A model generated the notes under the pieces. That model searched no databases, was not told the DNA's origin, and saw only the letters and a list, made by a program, of their open reading frames with translations. Below are positions 54,117 through 62,656 of a stretch of 64,000 bases of DNA, in pieces. The DNA is from an uncultured Eubacteriales bacterium (lineage in GTDB: Bacteria > Bacillota > Clostridia > Oscillospirales > CAG-272). Made by a program: the position numbers and the translations under genes. The DNA is taken from contig URHR01000001.1 of the NCBI GenBank assembly GCA_900547725.1, forward strand, positions 19,894-83,893, written 5' to 3'. Each line of letters starts with the position of its first letter. Position 1 is the stretch's first letter.

Positions 54117-55640
54117 TCAGGGTGTTGTCTCCGCCGCGGGGCGGAACGCCTTAAGAACTCCGGAAAGATTGTTGTTGATCAGCGGCAGACTGATGTTCAC
54201 GCCGGTGACCGCGTTCTTGTTGTCGGAGATTCTTCTCTGAATGACCGAAGCCGTTCCGAGACGGAAAATATTGTCCAGCTCCAGGCGGGTAATGCCGAGA
54301 TCGGTCAGCCCCAGCACAACATCCAGCATCTGCGAGGCAATCGGATCCTTGGCAATTCTGCCCTGCAGAATCACGTTGTAGTACTCCGGTTTTACAACCT
54401 GGTAGGAGATTGCACAAAGCCACTCCATCACCGTGCAGACCCGCCGGAGTCTGTCCTCACTGCCCAGGTTACGGGGAACGCCGCAAAGTGCGCCCGCCTC
54501 ATAAACATAACTGACGTACTGCGCCTGATTGGAATCATACTTCGGCAGCGGAACGATTCCGTAAGGAACCGCCTTGCCCGCCACATAAAGCCGCATATCT
54601 CCGATGGTACCGCCCAGGAAGGTTGCACGTCCCTCCTCGAACACCCACTGGGTATCCTTGGTGGCAAACTTTCCGGAGGTGTAGCTCTCGGAATCGTACG
54701 AGGTACGGATATAGTTCTCGCGGTCATTCCCGTTGTCGGAGAAGAAATCGCGCATGATGGTGCCGTAAACATCGGTAAAACGCGTGTCCAGCTCACTCAG
54801 CACCAACCCCTCCTTCTCATCCTGCCGGCAGATGCGGATATCCGCCGCGCTGAGCATTGCCGAAGCAAACGCAATGTGCGATGCAACACCGTAATGGTTC
54901 GGCGTTGCTCCCTCCACGTGTGTCTGGCTTGCAATCTCATGCATCCGCTCAAAGGTCCAGGTATTGTTCCGCACATCGGTGTACGGCGATTCGATTCCGT
55001 ACGCGGCCAGGACATCGGTGTTAAAAGCAAGGCACCAGATGGATTCGTACCACATCAGCTGCATATCCCCGACCACATAGAACAGGTTGTCGTATACCGA
55101 CAGCTCCTCCATCGCCGCACTGTACCACCACGGCTTGTTGAAGTTGAGGTAAGAGGCATAGTCATTGACCGATTTATAAACGCCGCGCTGTGCCAGAATC
55201 GCCTGCGCCCAGGATTCGTTGTAACAGATGTCGTATTCGTTTTTTCCGCCAAGGTCTGAGATCACCAGCCGTTCCATCAGCTCCTTGTTTTCGGCATACG
55301 GCAGCTCCTTGACCTTCAGGTTAATATCCAGCTCCTGCTTGACATACTCGTTTCTGGAAAAGATCGCACTGCTGACCGCACTGGACAGGTCGTCCGGAAC
55401 CATTGTTGTAATCGCATAGTCACTGATGTTGTTGAGAATGACAAAATCCTGGTTTTCGAAATCTCCCTGCGGCAGATCCGCGTACAGCTCGTTATCCGTC
55501 CCGTCCGTTGTTCCGGGAGGCGTTGTTCCGGAATCCGATCCCGGTGTCTTCCGTCCCGTGCATCCGACCAACAGCAGCCCTGCGGTCAGAAGGACCGCCA
55601 AAACACTTCTTGCTATCTGTTTCACTTTGGTTTCCTCCAT
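54117..55640 (-). CDS. Large lipoprotein solute-binding protein (LplA-like)
   Basis: Trimmed from 55769. Lipobox LLTAGLLLVGC. Blocks FSRNEYVKQEL and FNKPWW. The start is either ATG 55640 or, more likely, GTG 55625, which is preceded by GGAGGA. Confidence 0.85.
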   Translation of the reverse strand: MEETKVKQIARSVLAVLLTAGLLLVGCTGRKTPGSDSGTTPPGTTDGTDNELYADLPQGDFENQDFVILNNISDYAITTMVPDDLSSAVSSAIFSRNEYVKQELDINLKVKELPYAENKELMERLVISDLGGKNEYDICYNESWAQAILAQRGVYKSVNDYASYLNFNKPWWYSAAMEELSVYDNLFYVVGDMQLMWYESIWCLAFNTDVLAAYGIESPYTDVRNNTWTFERMHEIASQTHVEGATPNHYGVASHIAFASAMLSAADIRICRQDEKEGLVLSELDTRFTDVYGTIMRDFFSDNGNDRENYIRTSYDSESYTSGKFATKDTQWVFEEGRATFLGGTIGDMRLYVAGKAVPYGIVPLPKYDSNQAQYVSYVYEAGALCGVPRNLGSEDRLRRVCTVMEWLCAISYQVVKPEYYNVILQGRIAKDPIASQMLDVVLGLTDLGITRLELDNIFRLGTASVIQRRISDNKNAVTGVNISLPLINNNLSGVLKAFRPAAETTP

Positions 55641-55860
55641 ATCTCTGTTTTTCAGAGCAGACCTCTGCTCTTTTTGACTTTCTTCTGTGTTTTTTGCATT
55701 CCCGGTATTTTCAGCAGATTGACCGATGCAATCTCGGCAACCGGGCGCCTGTTCGATGGAGATAAACAAGTTTTTCCGGAATTATCTCTGCCAACCACCT
55801 TTATTATATCAGCAAGCCACCGGAATATCAATACATTTTTTACGCCTGTTTCTTCTGTTT

Positions 55861-57153
55861 TTACGCCTGATGCGTGGATTTACGGATTTCCTCCTCATAG
55901 GTATGCAGATCCACCACGCTTCCGTTCAGCCTGGATGCTTCCGCCGCAAAGGCGACCAGATGGTTTTCCACCGATGTTGCAATATCCGTAATGGAGTTTC
56001 CGTCATAGGTTCCCGCAAGAAGACTGCAGAAGCTGCGGATGATCCCGCGGTCGCCGCCGCCGTGACCGCCCCGGATGCTCTCATCCCGGACAGCCTCGGA
56101 GATGCTGATCTTCGTCTCCTGCCGCGTCGCGAAATCGAACAGCGTGACGAAATCATCCGACATCTGCGCGGAAATCTCCCCTTTTGTGCCCATGATGCGG
56201 ATTTTTCTGCCGCCGCGGTTGAAGGCACTCATGGTAAAAGAAACCGTGGCGCCGTCCTCGTACTCCAGATCCACCACCTGATGATCCACAACATCGTTGT
56301 CACAGCGGAATACGCACCTGCCGTAATCCGTCTCCGTGATGGCGCGTTCAATGTCGGAATCGGTCGGATGATGTTTTTTGGTCGCGGTTTTCACAAAGGC
56401 GGGAAAGGCGCGGTCACGGTAGATCTTCAGCGCGCTGTACGGGCAATCCTTTTCCACCGGGCATCCCTGCGCGCAGAACTCCGGCGCACCGGCAGGCATA
56501 TTCTCTCGCCGGAAATAGGAAAGCCCGCCAAAGCTCTGCAACCGCGTGCATCGCTCACCAAGCAGCCACTGCACAATGTCCAGATCGTGACAGCTCTTTG
56601 CCAAAATCATCGGTGTGCTGTCCTCCGAGCGGTGCCAGTTCCCGCGCACATAGCTGTGGCTCTGGTGGACATTTCCGACGCACTCCACGTGAACGATGTT
56701 GATGATCCGCCCCACGCGCCCGTCCTCCACCAGCCGCTTCAGCAACCGGAAGAACGGAGTAAAGCGGAGAACGTGGCAGACCACCACCCGCACGCCGCGC
56801 CGCCGGGCGGCATCCGCAACCTGCAGGCACTCCGCAGGCGTCGGTGCAACCGGCTTTTCCAGAAGCAACTGATACCCCAGCTCAATGGCGCGCATTGCGG
56901 GAGCAAAATGCAATCGGTCCTGCGTGGCAATGATTGCGGCATCTGCAAATTTCGGGCGGTCAAGGATCTCCTCCCAGCACGCAAAGCAGGCATCCGCCGG
57001 CAGTGCAAACATTCGCCGGATGTAATCCCTGCGCTCCGGATCCGGATCGGCAACCCCGACCAGTTCGAATTCCGGACAATTCTGTGCGCCGAGTTCCGCG
57101 TAGGTTGTCCCCCGATCTCCGGCACCGATCAAGATTATTTTGATTTTTTTCAT
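55861..57153 (-). CDS. Gfo/Idh/MocA-family NAD(P)-dependent oxidoreductase
   Basis: N-terminal Rossmann motif MKKIKIILIGAGDRGTTY. Also ATQDRLHFAPAMRAIELGYQLLLEKP. RBS CAGGAG. Confidence 0.9.
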   Translation of the reverse strand: MKKIKIILIGAGDRGTTYAELGAQNCPEFELVGVADPDPERRDYIRRMFALPADACFACWEEILDRPKFADAAIIATQDRLHFAPAMRAIELGYQLLLEKPVAPTPAECLQVADAARRRGVRVVVCHVLRFTPFFRLLKRLVEDGRVGRIINIVHVECVGNVHQSHSYVRGNWHRSEDSTPMILAKSCHDLDIVQWLLGERCTRLQSFGGLSYFRRENMPAGAPEFCAQGCPVEKDCPYSALKIYRDRAFPAFVKTATKKHHPTDSDIERAITETDYGRCVFRCDNDVVDHQVVDLEYEDGATVSFTMSAFNRGGRKIRIMGTKGEISAQMSDDFVTLFDFATRQETKISISEAVRDESIRGGHGGGDRGIIRSFCSLLAGTYDGNSITDIATSVENHLVAFAAEASRLNGSVVDLHTYEEEIRKSTHQA

Positions 57154-57260
57154 GATAAACTCCTGTTTTCGTTTCGTATGACCCTTTTTTATTGTACCAT
57201 ATGCACAGGCAAAAGTAAATGCTGTTTTTGCTCACAAATCTTCTTTTTTCGGTCCTCTTC

Positions 57261-57289
57261 TTGACAAAATCCGTGCCATGCGGTATAAT
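57261..57289 (+). promoter_or_regulatory. Consensus sigma-A promoter of the AraC gene
   Basis: TTGACA (57261-57266), a 17-nt spacer, then TATAAT (57284-57289). Confidence 0.65.
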
Positions 57290-57370
57290 AAAGTCAGGCG
57301 CGGATCCGATTTGCGGTCAAAGTCCGCCGGATACCGCACGCCCACAGAATACAGCCAGGAGGACACGGCA

Positions 57371-58207
57371 ATGTACAAAACCCATTATGTCGCTAACAAT
57401 ACCGACATTTTCATGAGCGAGCATCACGGCAGGAGCGCACCGCACGTTGTGGAAATCGGTCACTCCACGCCGCCCCACGGCTACGAATCCAAGCCCCTGC
57501 GCCGGAACGTCTGGGTCCTGCACTATGTTGTCAGCGGCTGCGGCGTTTACTTCAGGCAGCCGGTCACGGGACCCTGCGTTTTCATCGAAACACCGGATAC
57601 CGTGCACTACTACACCATATCCGGCGACCCTGCAGCGCCCGCATGGGAGCAGTACTGGATCATGTTTGACGGAGCCACCGTCCCGGATTGGCTCGCCTAC
57701 GCCGGCTTTCCGAAGGTTCCGACGGTTCTGCCCTGCACCTATATGCATCAGGCGCAGAACATTTTCGCCGAGCTGCTCACCAGTTCCAATTACATCGGGC
57801 TCAATGACCATTACTATATGCTGTCCGGGCTCTGCCGCCTGTTTGCGCTCCACGCGGCAATGAAGGAACACCCTCCACGCTCCGATTCCGCCTACGTCCG
57901 CAAGCTCCGCGCCTACATCCACGAAAATTACGCCACCATCCGGAACGAGGAAGAGCTTGCCGATCTGGTGCATCTTTCCACGCGCTACATGAACAAAATT
58001 TTCAAAAAAGAGACCGGTGAATCACCGATCCGGTATCTGAATCATTATCGCATCCGCTGTGCAAAAAATCTGCTGGAGCGTCCGGAGCTGTCGGTTCACG
58101 AAATTTCGGAAATGCTCGGTTTCTCCAATCCGAATTATTTCTGCTGTGTCTTCCAGCGGCACTGCAACGGCATCTCCCCTCTGGCTTACCGCAAGGGCGC
58201 GAGATGA
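57371..58207 (+). CDS. AraC/XylS-family transcriptional regulator
   Basis: Start at MYKTHYV with a GGAGGA RBS. HTH region PIRYLNHYRIRCAKNLLERPELSVHEISEMLGFSNPNYFCCVFQRHCNGISPLAY. Confidence 0.9.
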   Translation: MYKTHYVANNTDIFMSEHHGRSAPHVVEIGHSTPPHGYESKPLRRNVWVLHYVVSGCGVYFRQPVTGPCVFIETPDTVHYYTISGDPAAPAWEQYWIMFDGATVPDWLAYAGFPKVPTVLPCTYMHQAQNIFAELLTSSNYIGLNDHYYMLSGLCRLFALHAAMKEHPPRSDSAYVRKLRAYIHENYATIRNEEELADLVHLSTRYMNKIFKKETGESPIRYLNHYRIRCAKNLLERPELSVHEISEMLGFSNPNYFCCVFQRHCNGISPLAYRKGAR

Positions 58208-58295
58208 CCTTTCCCGGAAAGCGAAAAGAGGCTGTAAAAAATCCCTAGTTAAATCGTTACGCTTTCCCTGGCATTTTATTGCTTCCAATCTCATT

Positions 58296-58448
58296 TTATA
58301 TGGGCGAGAGTTCCTCAAGCTCGTACTCGCCCAGCTTTACCTTCAAGTGCTTTTCGATAATCTCCGAATATCTTTCGCACGTTTTCGTTTTAGACGAAGG
58401 CTCTATGTAGTTCGCAAACCATACGTCCAACCATTCTTTGTATTTCAT
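58296..58448 (-). pseudogene. N-terminal remnant (about 50 aa) of a tyrosine integrase
   Basis: MKYKEWLDVWFANYIEPSSKTKTCERYSEIIEKHLKVKLGEYELEELSPI followed by a stop. This is the typical N-terminal SAM-like domain of phage/ICE integrases. No catalytic domain follows in any frame. Confidence 0.6.
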
Positions 58449-58704
58449 TGAAAACTCCTTTCGATTTACTGTTATTATTATAATTTTTCTCACCGTAAAT
58501 AGGAAATCACCCCTCGAAACGGCATAAAAAAAGAGAGAACGTTTATCCTTGTTCTCTCTGAAAAGATTTGTATTAAATTGTAGGTGTCAGGCGGGGATTA
58601 AAACGAAGTCGTCAGTTCAAGTCCTGTTTTTTGAAAAATAGGTCAAAATGCAGCTCCTAAATTCAAATATTCCGCGAAGGACGCGAACCACAAGATATGG
58701 CAAC

Positions 58705-58740
58705 AAAAAAGCACAAGACCTACTAAATCTTGTGCTTTTT
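58705..58740 (-). terminator. Rho-independent terminator downstream of the tRNA fragment
   Basis: AAAAAAGCACAAGA, a 9-nt loop, then TCTTGTGCTTTTT. Confidence 0.6.
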
Positions 58741-58770
58741 ATATTTTGTAGCTTTTTCGTACTACAAAGA

Positions 58771-58811
58771 TGGCTCCCCCTACTGGACTTGAACCAGTGA
58801 CCCGACGCGAA
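58771..58811 (-). pseudogene. tRNA 3' half (variable loop, T-arm, acceptor 3' strand, CCA) with no 5' half
   Basis: Minus strand reads GGGTC ACTGG TTCAAGT CCAGT AGGGGGA G CCA. Upstream sequence cannot form an anticodon arm, D arm or acceptor 5' strand. Confidence 0.55.
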
Positions 58812-58846
58812 AGTTAGAGATAAATTTGTGCATTTTATCTCATTTT

Positions 58847-60469
58847 TCACACCTTGATCTTACGGTCTGCCTGAAAATCCCCGATAAATCGATACTCGAT
58901 AACGATCTCTTGTCTCTGTTGATCCTGCGGGTTATAACGATCCCCGACAAGGATTCTGCTGATCAGCGTGTTCACCAAATCCCGGTTCAGCTCCGTGATG
59001 TCATCGTATTGCTCGATGATCTTTACGAATTGGGCTGCGGAATCATCCGCGGCTCTTTTTTCGCCCGTCAGCCTTTTGAGCTCCATCAGCCGTTTCTGTG
59101 CGGCTTCCTGCTCCGTCTCGCATTCCTCCGACATCATCCGGAACCGTCCCTCGGTCAACAGTCCTGAAAGTCTGTCTTGATACAGGCTTCGGAACATCGC
59201 ATTGCATTTGGCAATCTTGCTTTCCAGCTCGGCAATCTCTTTTTCCGCGCGCTTTTCATCCGCTCCGGTTGCCGCCGTCACCTTGTTCGTCACTGCGTCG
59301 ATAAAGCCTTTCCGATCCTCCCGGACACTCCTGAGAACATCCCGCAGATCATTCAGCACCGCCGTATAGATCTCATCGTATTTGATGTAGTGGCTTGTGC
59401 AGACATCCTTCCCTTTTTTCTTATAGGTATTGCACATATAATATCCGCCGTTTGCATGGGAGCTTGCAAGTCTCAACGCATGACCGCATCGGTGGCATTT
59501 CAGCAGTCCGGCAAAGATGTTCTCAAAACCGGATTCGGTTTCCCTTTTTCGGTTGCCGAGCGCCGCGTGTGCGTCCTCCCAAAGCTGTTCGGGAATCAGT
59601 GCAGGGAATCGATCTTTGATAACGATCCACTTGTCCTCGCTCTGTGCAACCTGCTTCTTGCTCTTGAACGACTGTTTTCTGCGTTTCCCGCTGATGAAGT
59701 GACCGAGGTAGATTTCATTCCGCACCAATCGGTAGATCGTCACAAGATTCCAGTCAAAAGGGTCTTTGGAGTACCTCCTGCCGGCGATTTTCGCCTGATA
59801 TGCCGCAGGGGTGATCTGATGCTCTGCGGACAGGACTCGCGCAATCTTATTGTAGCCGTAGCCTTGGTATGCCGCCATTCGGAAGATTCGGAGAACGGTT
59901 GGAGCGGTTTCATCATCAATCTCCAGGACGTGCTTGTCCGCCTTGCTTTTCCTGTAGCCGTATGGCGCTTGCGAACCGATGAACTCCCCGTTCTTTGCCT
60001 TCGCAATGAAAGCCTGTCTTGTTTTCCTTGAACAGTCGGCGGGATAGTATTCATTGAAAATGTTCTTGATCGGGAACATCAGGTCGTAGTCCACGCAGGA
60101 TTCCTCGGTGTCCACGTCATCTCCGACAGCAATGAATCGGATTCCCATTTGCGGGAAGGTTTCGCTGATGAAGGTTCCCACCTGAAGGTAGTTTCTGCCG
60201 AATCGGGACAGGTCCTTAACAATGATGGTATTGAATCTCCCCTCTTTCGCATCCTTCATCATCCGCTGAAAGTCCGGACGGTTGAAGTTGGTTCCGGTGT
60301 AGCCGTCATCGCTGTAATGGTCATACACAAGAAAGCCGTGGGTGTTGCAATAATCCGTCAGAATCTTTCCCTGCGTTTCGATGGAGACGCTGGTGCCGTC
60401 CTGATCGTCATCGTCGCTGAGCCTTTTGTAGATTGCCGCTATGGTTCTGCTTTGCTCTGTTTTCTTCAT
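58847..60469 (-). CDS. Large serine recombinase (TnpX/TndX-like)
   Basis: N-terminal resolvase domain AAIYKRLSDDDDQDGTSVSIETQ..YSDDGYTGTNFNRPDFQRMM..IIVKDLSRFGRN, then a recombinase/zinc-ribbon region CHRCGHAL..MCNTYKKKGKDVCTSH and a coiled coil. ATG at 60469 with an AAGGAG RBS. Confidence 0.9.
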   Translation of the reverse strand: MKKTEQSRTIAAIYKRLSDDDDQDGTSVSIETQGKILTDYCNTHGFLVYDHYSDDGYTGTNFNRPDFQRMMKDAKEGRFNTIIVKDLSRFGRNYLQVGTFISETFPQMGIRFIAVGDDVDTEESCVDYDLMFPIKNIFNEYYPADCSRKTRQAFIAKAKNGEFIGSQAPYGYRKSKADKHVLEIDDETAPTVLRIFRMAAYQGYGYNKIARVLSAEHQITPAAYQAKIAGRRYSKDPFDWNLVTIYRLVRNEIYLGHFISGKRRKQSFKSKKQVAQSEDKWIVIKDRFPALIPEQLWEDAHAALGNRKRETESGFENIFAGLLKCHRCGHALRLASSHANGGYYMCNTYKKKGKDVCTSHYIKYDEIYTAVLNDLRDVLRSVREDRKGFIDAVTNKVTAATGADEKRAEKEIAELESKIAKCNAMFRSLYQDRLSGLLTEGRFRMMSEECETEQEAAQKRLMELKRLTGEKRAADDSAAQFVKIIEQYDDITELNRDLVNTLISRILVGDRYNPQDQQRQEIVIEYRFIGDFQADRKIKV

Positions 60470-60640
60470 CTTCTCCTTCTTTCCGAGCAAAGCGATTGGG
60501 TACTGTCCATATTATATCACATCTGCTCGCAAATGTCTACTGAAATTTTGTGTACAAAAGAATCTTTTTCATAATCCCACCGCTTGGGGTGATATCCAAA
60601 ATAAAACTGCTGTCTCGAACCGGAAAATTTCGTTTTCGAC

Positions 60641-60669
60641 TTGACAAACCAAGTATTTTCGGCTATAAT
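60641..60669 (+). promoter_or_regulatory. Consensus sigma-A promoter of the ATPase gene
   Basis: TTGACA (60641-60646), a 17-nt spacer, then TATAAT (60664-60669). Confidence 0.6.
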
Positions 60670-60706
60670 AGGATTGTATCGTATTTTAGCCATAGGAGGT
60701 GCTACG

Positions 60707-61936
60707 ATGTCATATATCAAGCGAACACTGGAAAAGCGAATCACGGAGATCAGCCAAGAATACAGCTGCCTTTTACTCATCGGTCCCCGTCAGGTCGGAA
60801 AGACAACCATGTTGGAGCATCTGATGGAAGGAACTCCGAGAAAGCGCGTCACACTTGACGATGTGGACGAACGGAAGCTCGCCAAAAGTGATCCGGCACT
60901 TTTTCTGGATCTGCACCCTGCCCCGATTCTGATTGATGAGGTGCAGTATGCGCCGGAATTGTTTTCCTATATTAAAATAAAGGTGGACAACGGTGCTGCT
61001 CCGGGGTCTTTTTGGCTCACGGGGTCCCAATCCTTCCGTCTGATGGAGCTTGCACAGGAGTCGCTCGCCGGCAGAACTGCCATTCTTCATATGTCTGCGC
61101 TTTCACAAAATGAACTTTACGGAGGCGGTGAAACAGAGCCGTTTTCTTTGAATCTTACCGCATTGAATCACCGAAAAGAGTTACAAGCCCCTGTCTCATC
61201 CGTTCTTGAAATGTATGAGCGCATTTGGGAGGGCGGAATGCCGGGGCATCGAAGCGGCAGATATACCGACCGTGATGTTTTTTACAGCTCCTATATTCAA
61301 AGCTATATTGACCGCGATGTATCCGAAATGATTCCGGGAGTCGACAAGCTCCTTTATGCAGATTTCATCCGCGCCGCCGCCTGCCGCGCCGGTCAGATGC
61401 TGAACCTTCACGACATTGCAGGAGACGTTGGTGTCAGTGATGACACCGCAAAGCGTTGGTTAACCATCATGGAAAAGTCGGAGATCATCTTTTTCCTCCG
61501 CCCCTATTCCAACAACCTGTTGAAGCGAACGATCAAAACACCAAAGATGTATTTCTTTGACACAGGGCTTGTCGCTTATCTCACCAAGTACTCCAGTCCG
61601 GATATTCTTATGAACGGTGCAATCAATGGTGCAATTCTTGAAAACTACACGGTTGCGGAAATTATCAAAACCTATCACAACTGCGCAAAAGAACCGCTTC
61701 TGCACTATTACCGCGACAAAGAATCCAACGAGATTGACCTTGTGATGGAAAGTGACGGAGAACTTCACCCGATGGAGATTAAGAAATCCGCGTCTCCCGC
61801 CGGTGAGTTGGCAAGCGCCTTCAAAATTCTTGATAAAAGCTCTGTGCCGCGCGGAACCGGTGCAATCCTCTGTATGCGGAACGAGTTGTCAGCAGTCAGT
61901 CGTGAGGTGTTTATCGTCCCCATTTGGATGATCTGA
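60707..61936 (+). CDS. AAA-type ATPase with a DUF4143-like C-terminal region
   Basis: Walker A motif LLIGPRQVGKTT. Also LIDEVQYAPELF and YFFDTGL. RBS AGGAGG. Confidence 0.8.
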   Translation: MSYIKRTLEKRITEISQEYSCLLLIGPRQVGKTTMLEHLMEGTPRKRVTLDDVDERKLAKSDPALFLDLHPAPILIDEVQYAPELFSYIKIKVDNGAAPGSFWLTGSQSFRLMELAQESLAGRTAILHMSALSQNELYGGGETEPFSLNLTALNHRKELQAPVSSVLEMYERIWEGGMPGHRSGRYTDRDVFYSSYIQSYIDRDVSEMIPGVDKLLYADFIRAAACRAGQMLNLHDIAGDVGVSDDTAKRWLTIMEKSEIIFFLRPYSNNLLKRTIKTPKMYFFDTGLVAYLTKYSSPDILMNGAINGAILENYTVAEIIKTYHNCAKEPLLHYYRDKESNEIDLVMESDGELHPMEIKKSASPAGELASAFKILDKSSVPRGTGAILCMRNELSAVSREVFIVPIWMI

Positions 61937-62008
61937 GCGATGCGTAAGCATTTCGGACACACATCCAAGAATAAGCAACCGTCTCATTGAACCCTGAAAA
62001 GGTAAATT

Positions 62009-62039
62009 GGTATAAGATTGGTATAAGAACGGTATAAGA
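62009..62039 (+). repeat. Three direct repeats GGTATAAGA with 11-bp phasing
   Basis: Copies at 62009-62017, 62020-62028 and 62031-62039. Confidence 0.85.
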
Positions 62040-62125
62040 TATAGCCTACTGGACACTTTTCTGCTTTTTGATATTATTGTCCAGTAGCCTCAACTGCTTT
62101 TCAAGGATACTGTTATCCAACAGCC

Positions 62126-62176
62126 TCTATCTTGCGTTTTTCCCTGTTTTCCGGCATTTCTATCTTGCGTTTTTCC
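62126..62176 (+). repeat. 18-bp perfect direct repeat with a 33-bp offset
   Basis: TCTATCTTGCGTTTTTCC at 62126-62143 and 62159-62176. Confidence 0.85.
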
Positions 62177-62298
62177 GAAACCTGTACTTTTAAGTGGCAT
62201 CTCCATAGGTATCAAGCATAATAGATATGGACACCTTTCACTACCCATTTATAAGAAAATCCATCTGCAACGGCAGTTCTGATATGTTTTATTTGGTT

Positions 62299-62340
62299 TT
62301 ATCGATACCTTCGATGAAATTTTGTCGAAGGTATCGATAA
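62299..62340. repeat. 16-bp perfect inverted repeat
   Basis: TTATCGATACCTTCGA, a 10-nt spacer, then TCGAAGGTATCGATAA. Confidence 0.85.
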
Positions 62341-62357
62341 AAATATTGTCGATGCAG

Positions 62358-62561
62358 TCACGTGGGTATGTTCGTCGTTCTGATTGGATTTCGCGCTGAT
62401 TCGAAGTCACCTCCTGCGCGAATTTGCTCCGCAACACATTTTGCCACATAGTCGGCATACAGCTCCTTGAAACTTTGGGAGCCGAACACTCTTACGACAC
62501 ATACAGTCGTTTTTCCAATCTGTAACTCCCGTGCGGGGTTCTGTTGATATTCTCTGTCCAT
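62358..62561 (-). CDS. Small mobile-element protein, possibly TnpW-like
   Basis: 67-aa ORF with a strong RBS (AAGGAGGAAAG). The core QIGKTTVCVVRVFGSQSFKELYADYVAKCV resembles small transposon-encoded proteins. This is recalled from memory, not searched. Confidence 0.4.
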   Translation of the reverse strand: MDREYQQNPARELQIGKTTVCVVRVFGSQSFKELYADYVAKCVAEQIRAGGDFESARNPIRTTNIPT

Positions 62562-62656
62562 AATCTTTCCTCCTTTGTTGGAATAGAGAAAACCACCCGT
62601 CTGTGCGAGTGGTTTTCGTAATATTGGGTTGTCCTGTTTTCACTGTCTTTACATTA

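Noticed and set aside
55861-57153. Link between the Gfo/Idh/MocA oxidoreductase and DUF1080-like domains as an oxidative glycoside-cleavage pathway
   Set aside because: The idea is attractive, but the lectin-like assignment of the neighbouring protein is itself uncertain. No sugar-phosphate isomerase/epimerase-type partner is present. It is too speculative to list as a finding.
58600-58640. GTTCAAGTCC T-loop-like string suggesting a second tRNA
   Set aside because: The flanking bases (GTCAG / CCTGT) do not pair as a T-stem, and no acceptor or anticodon arm can be drawn.
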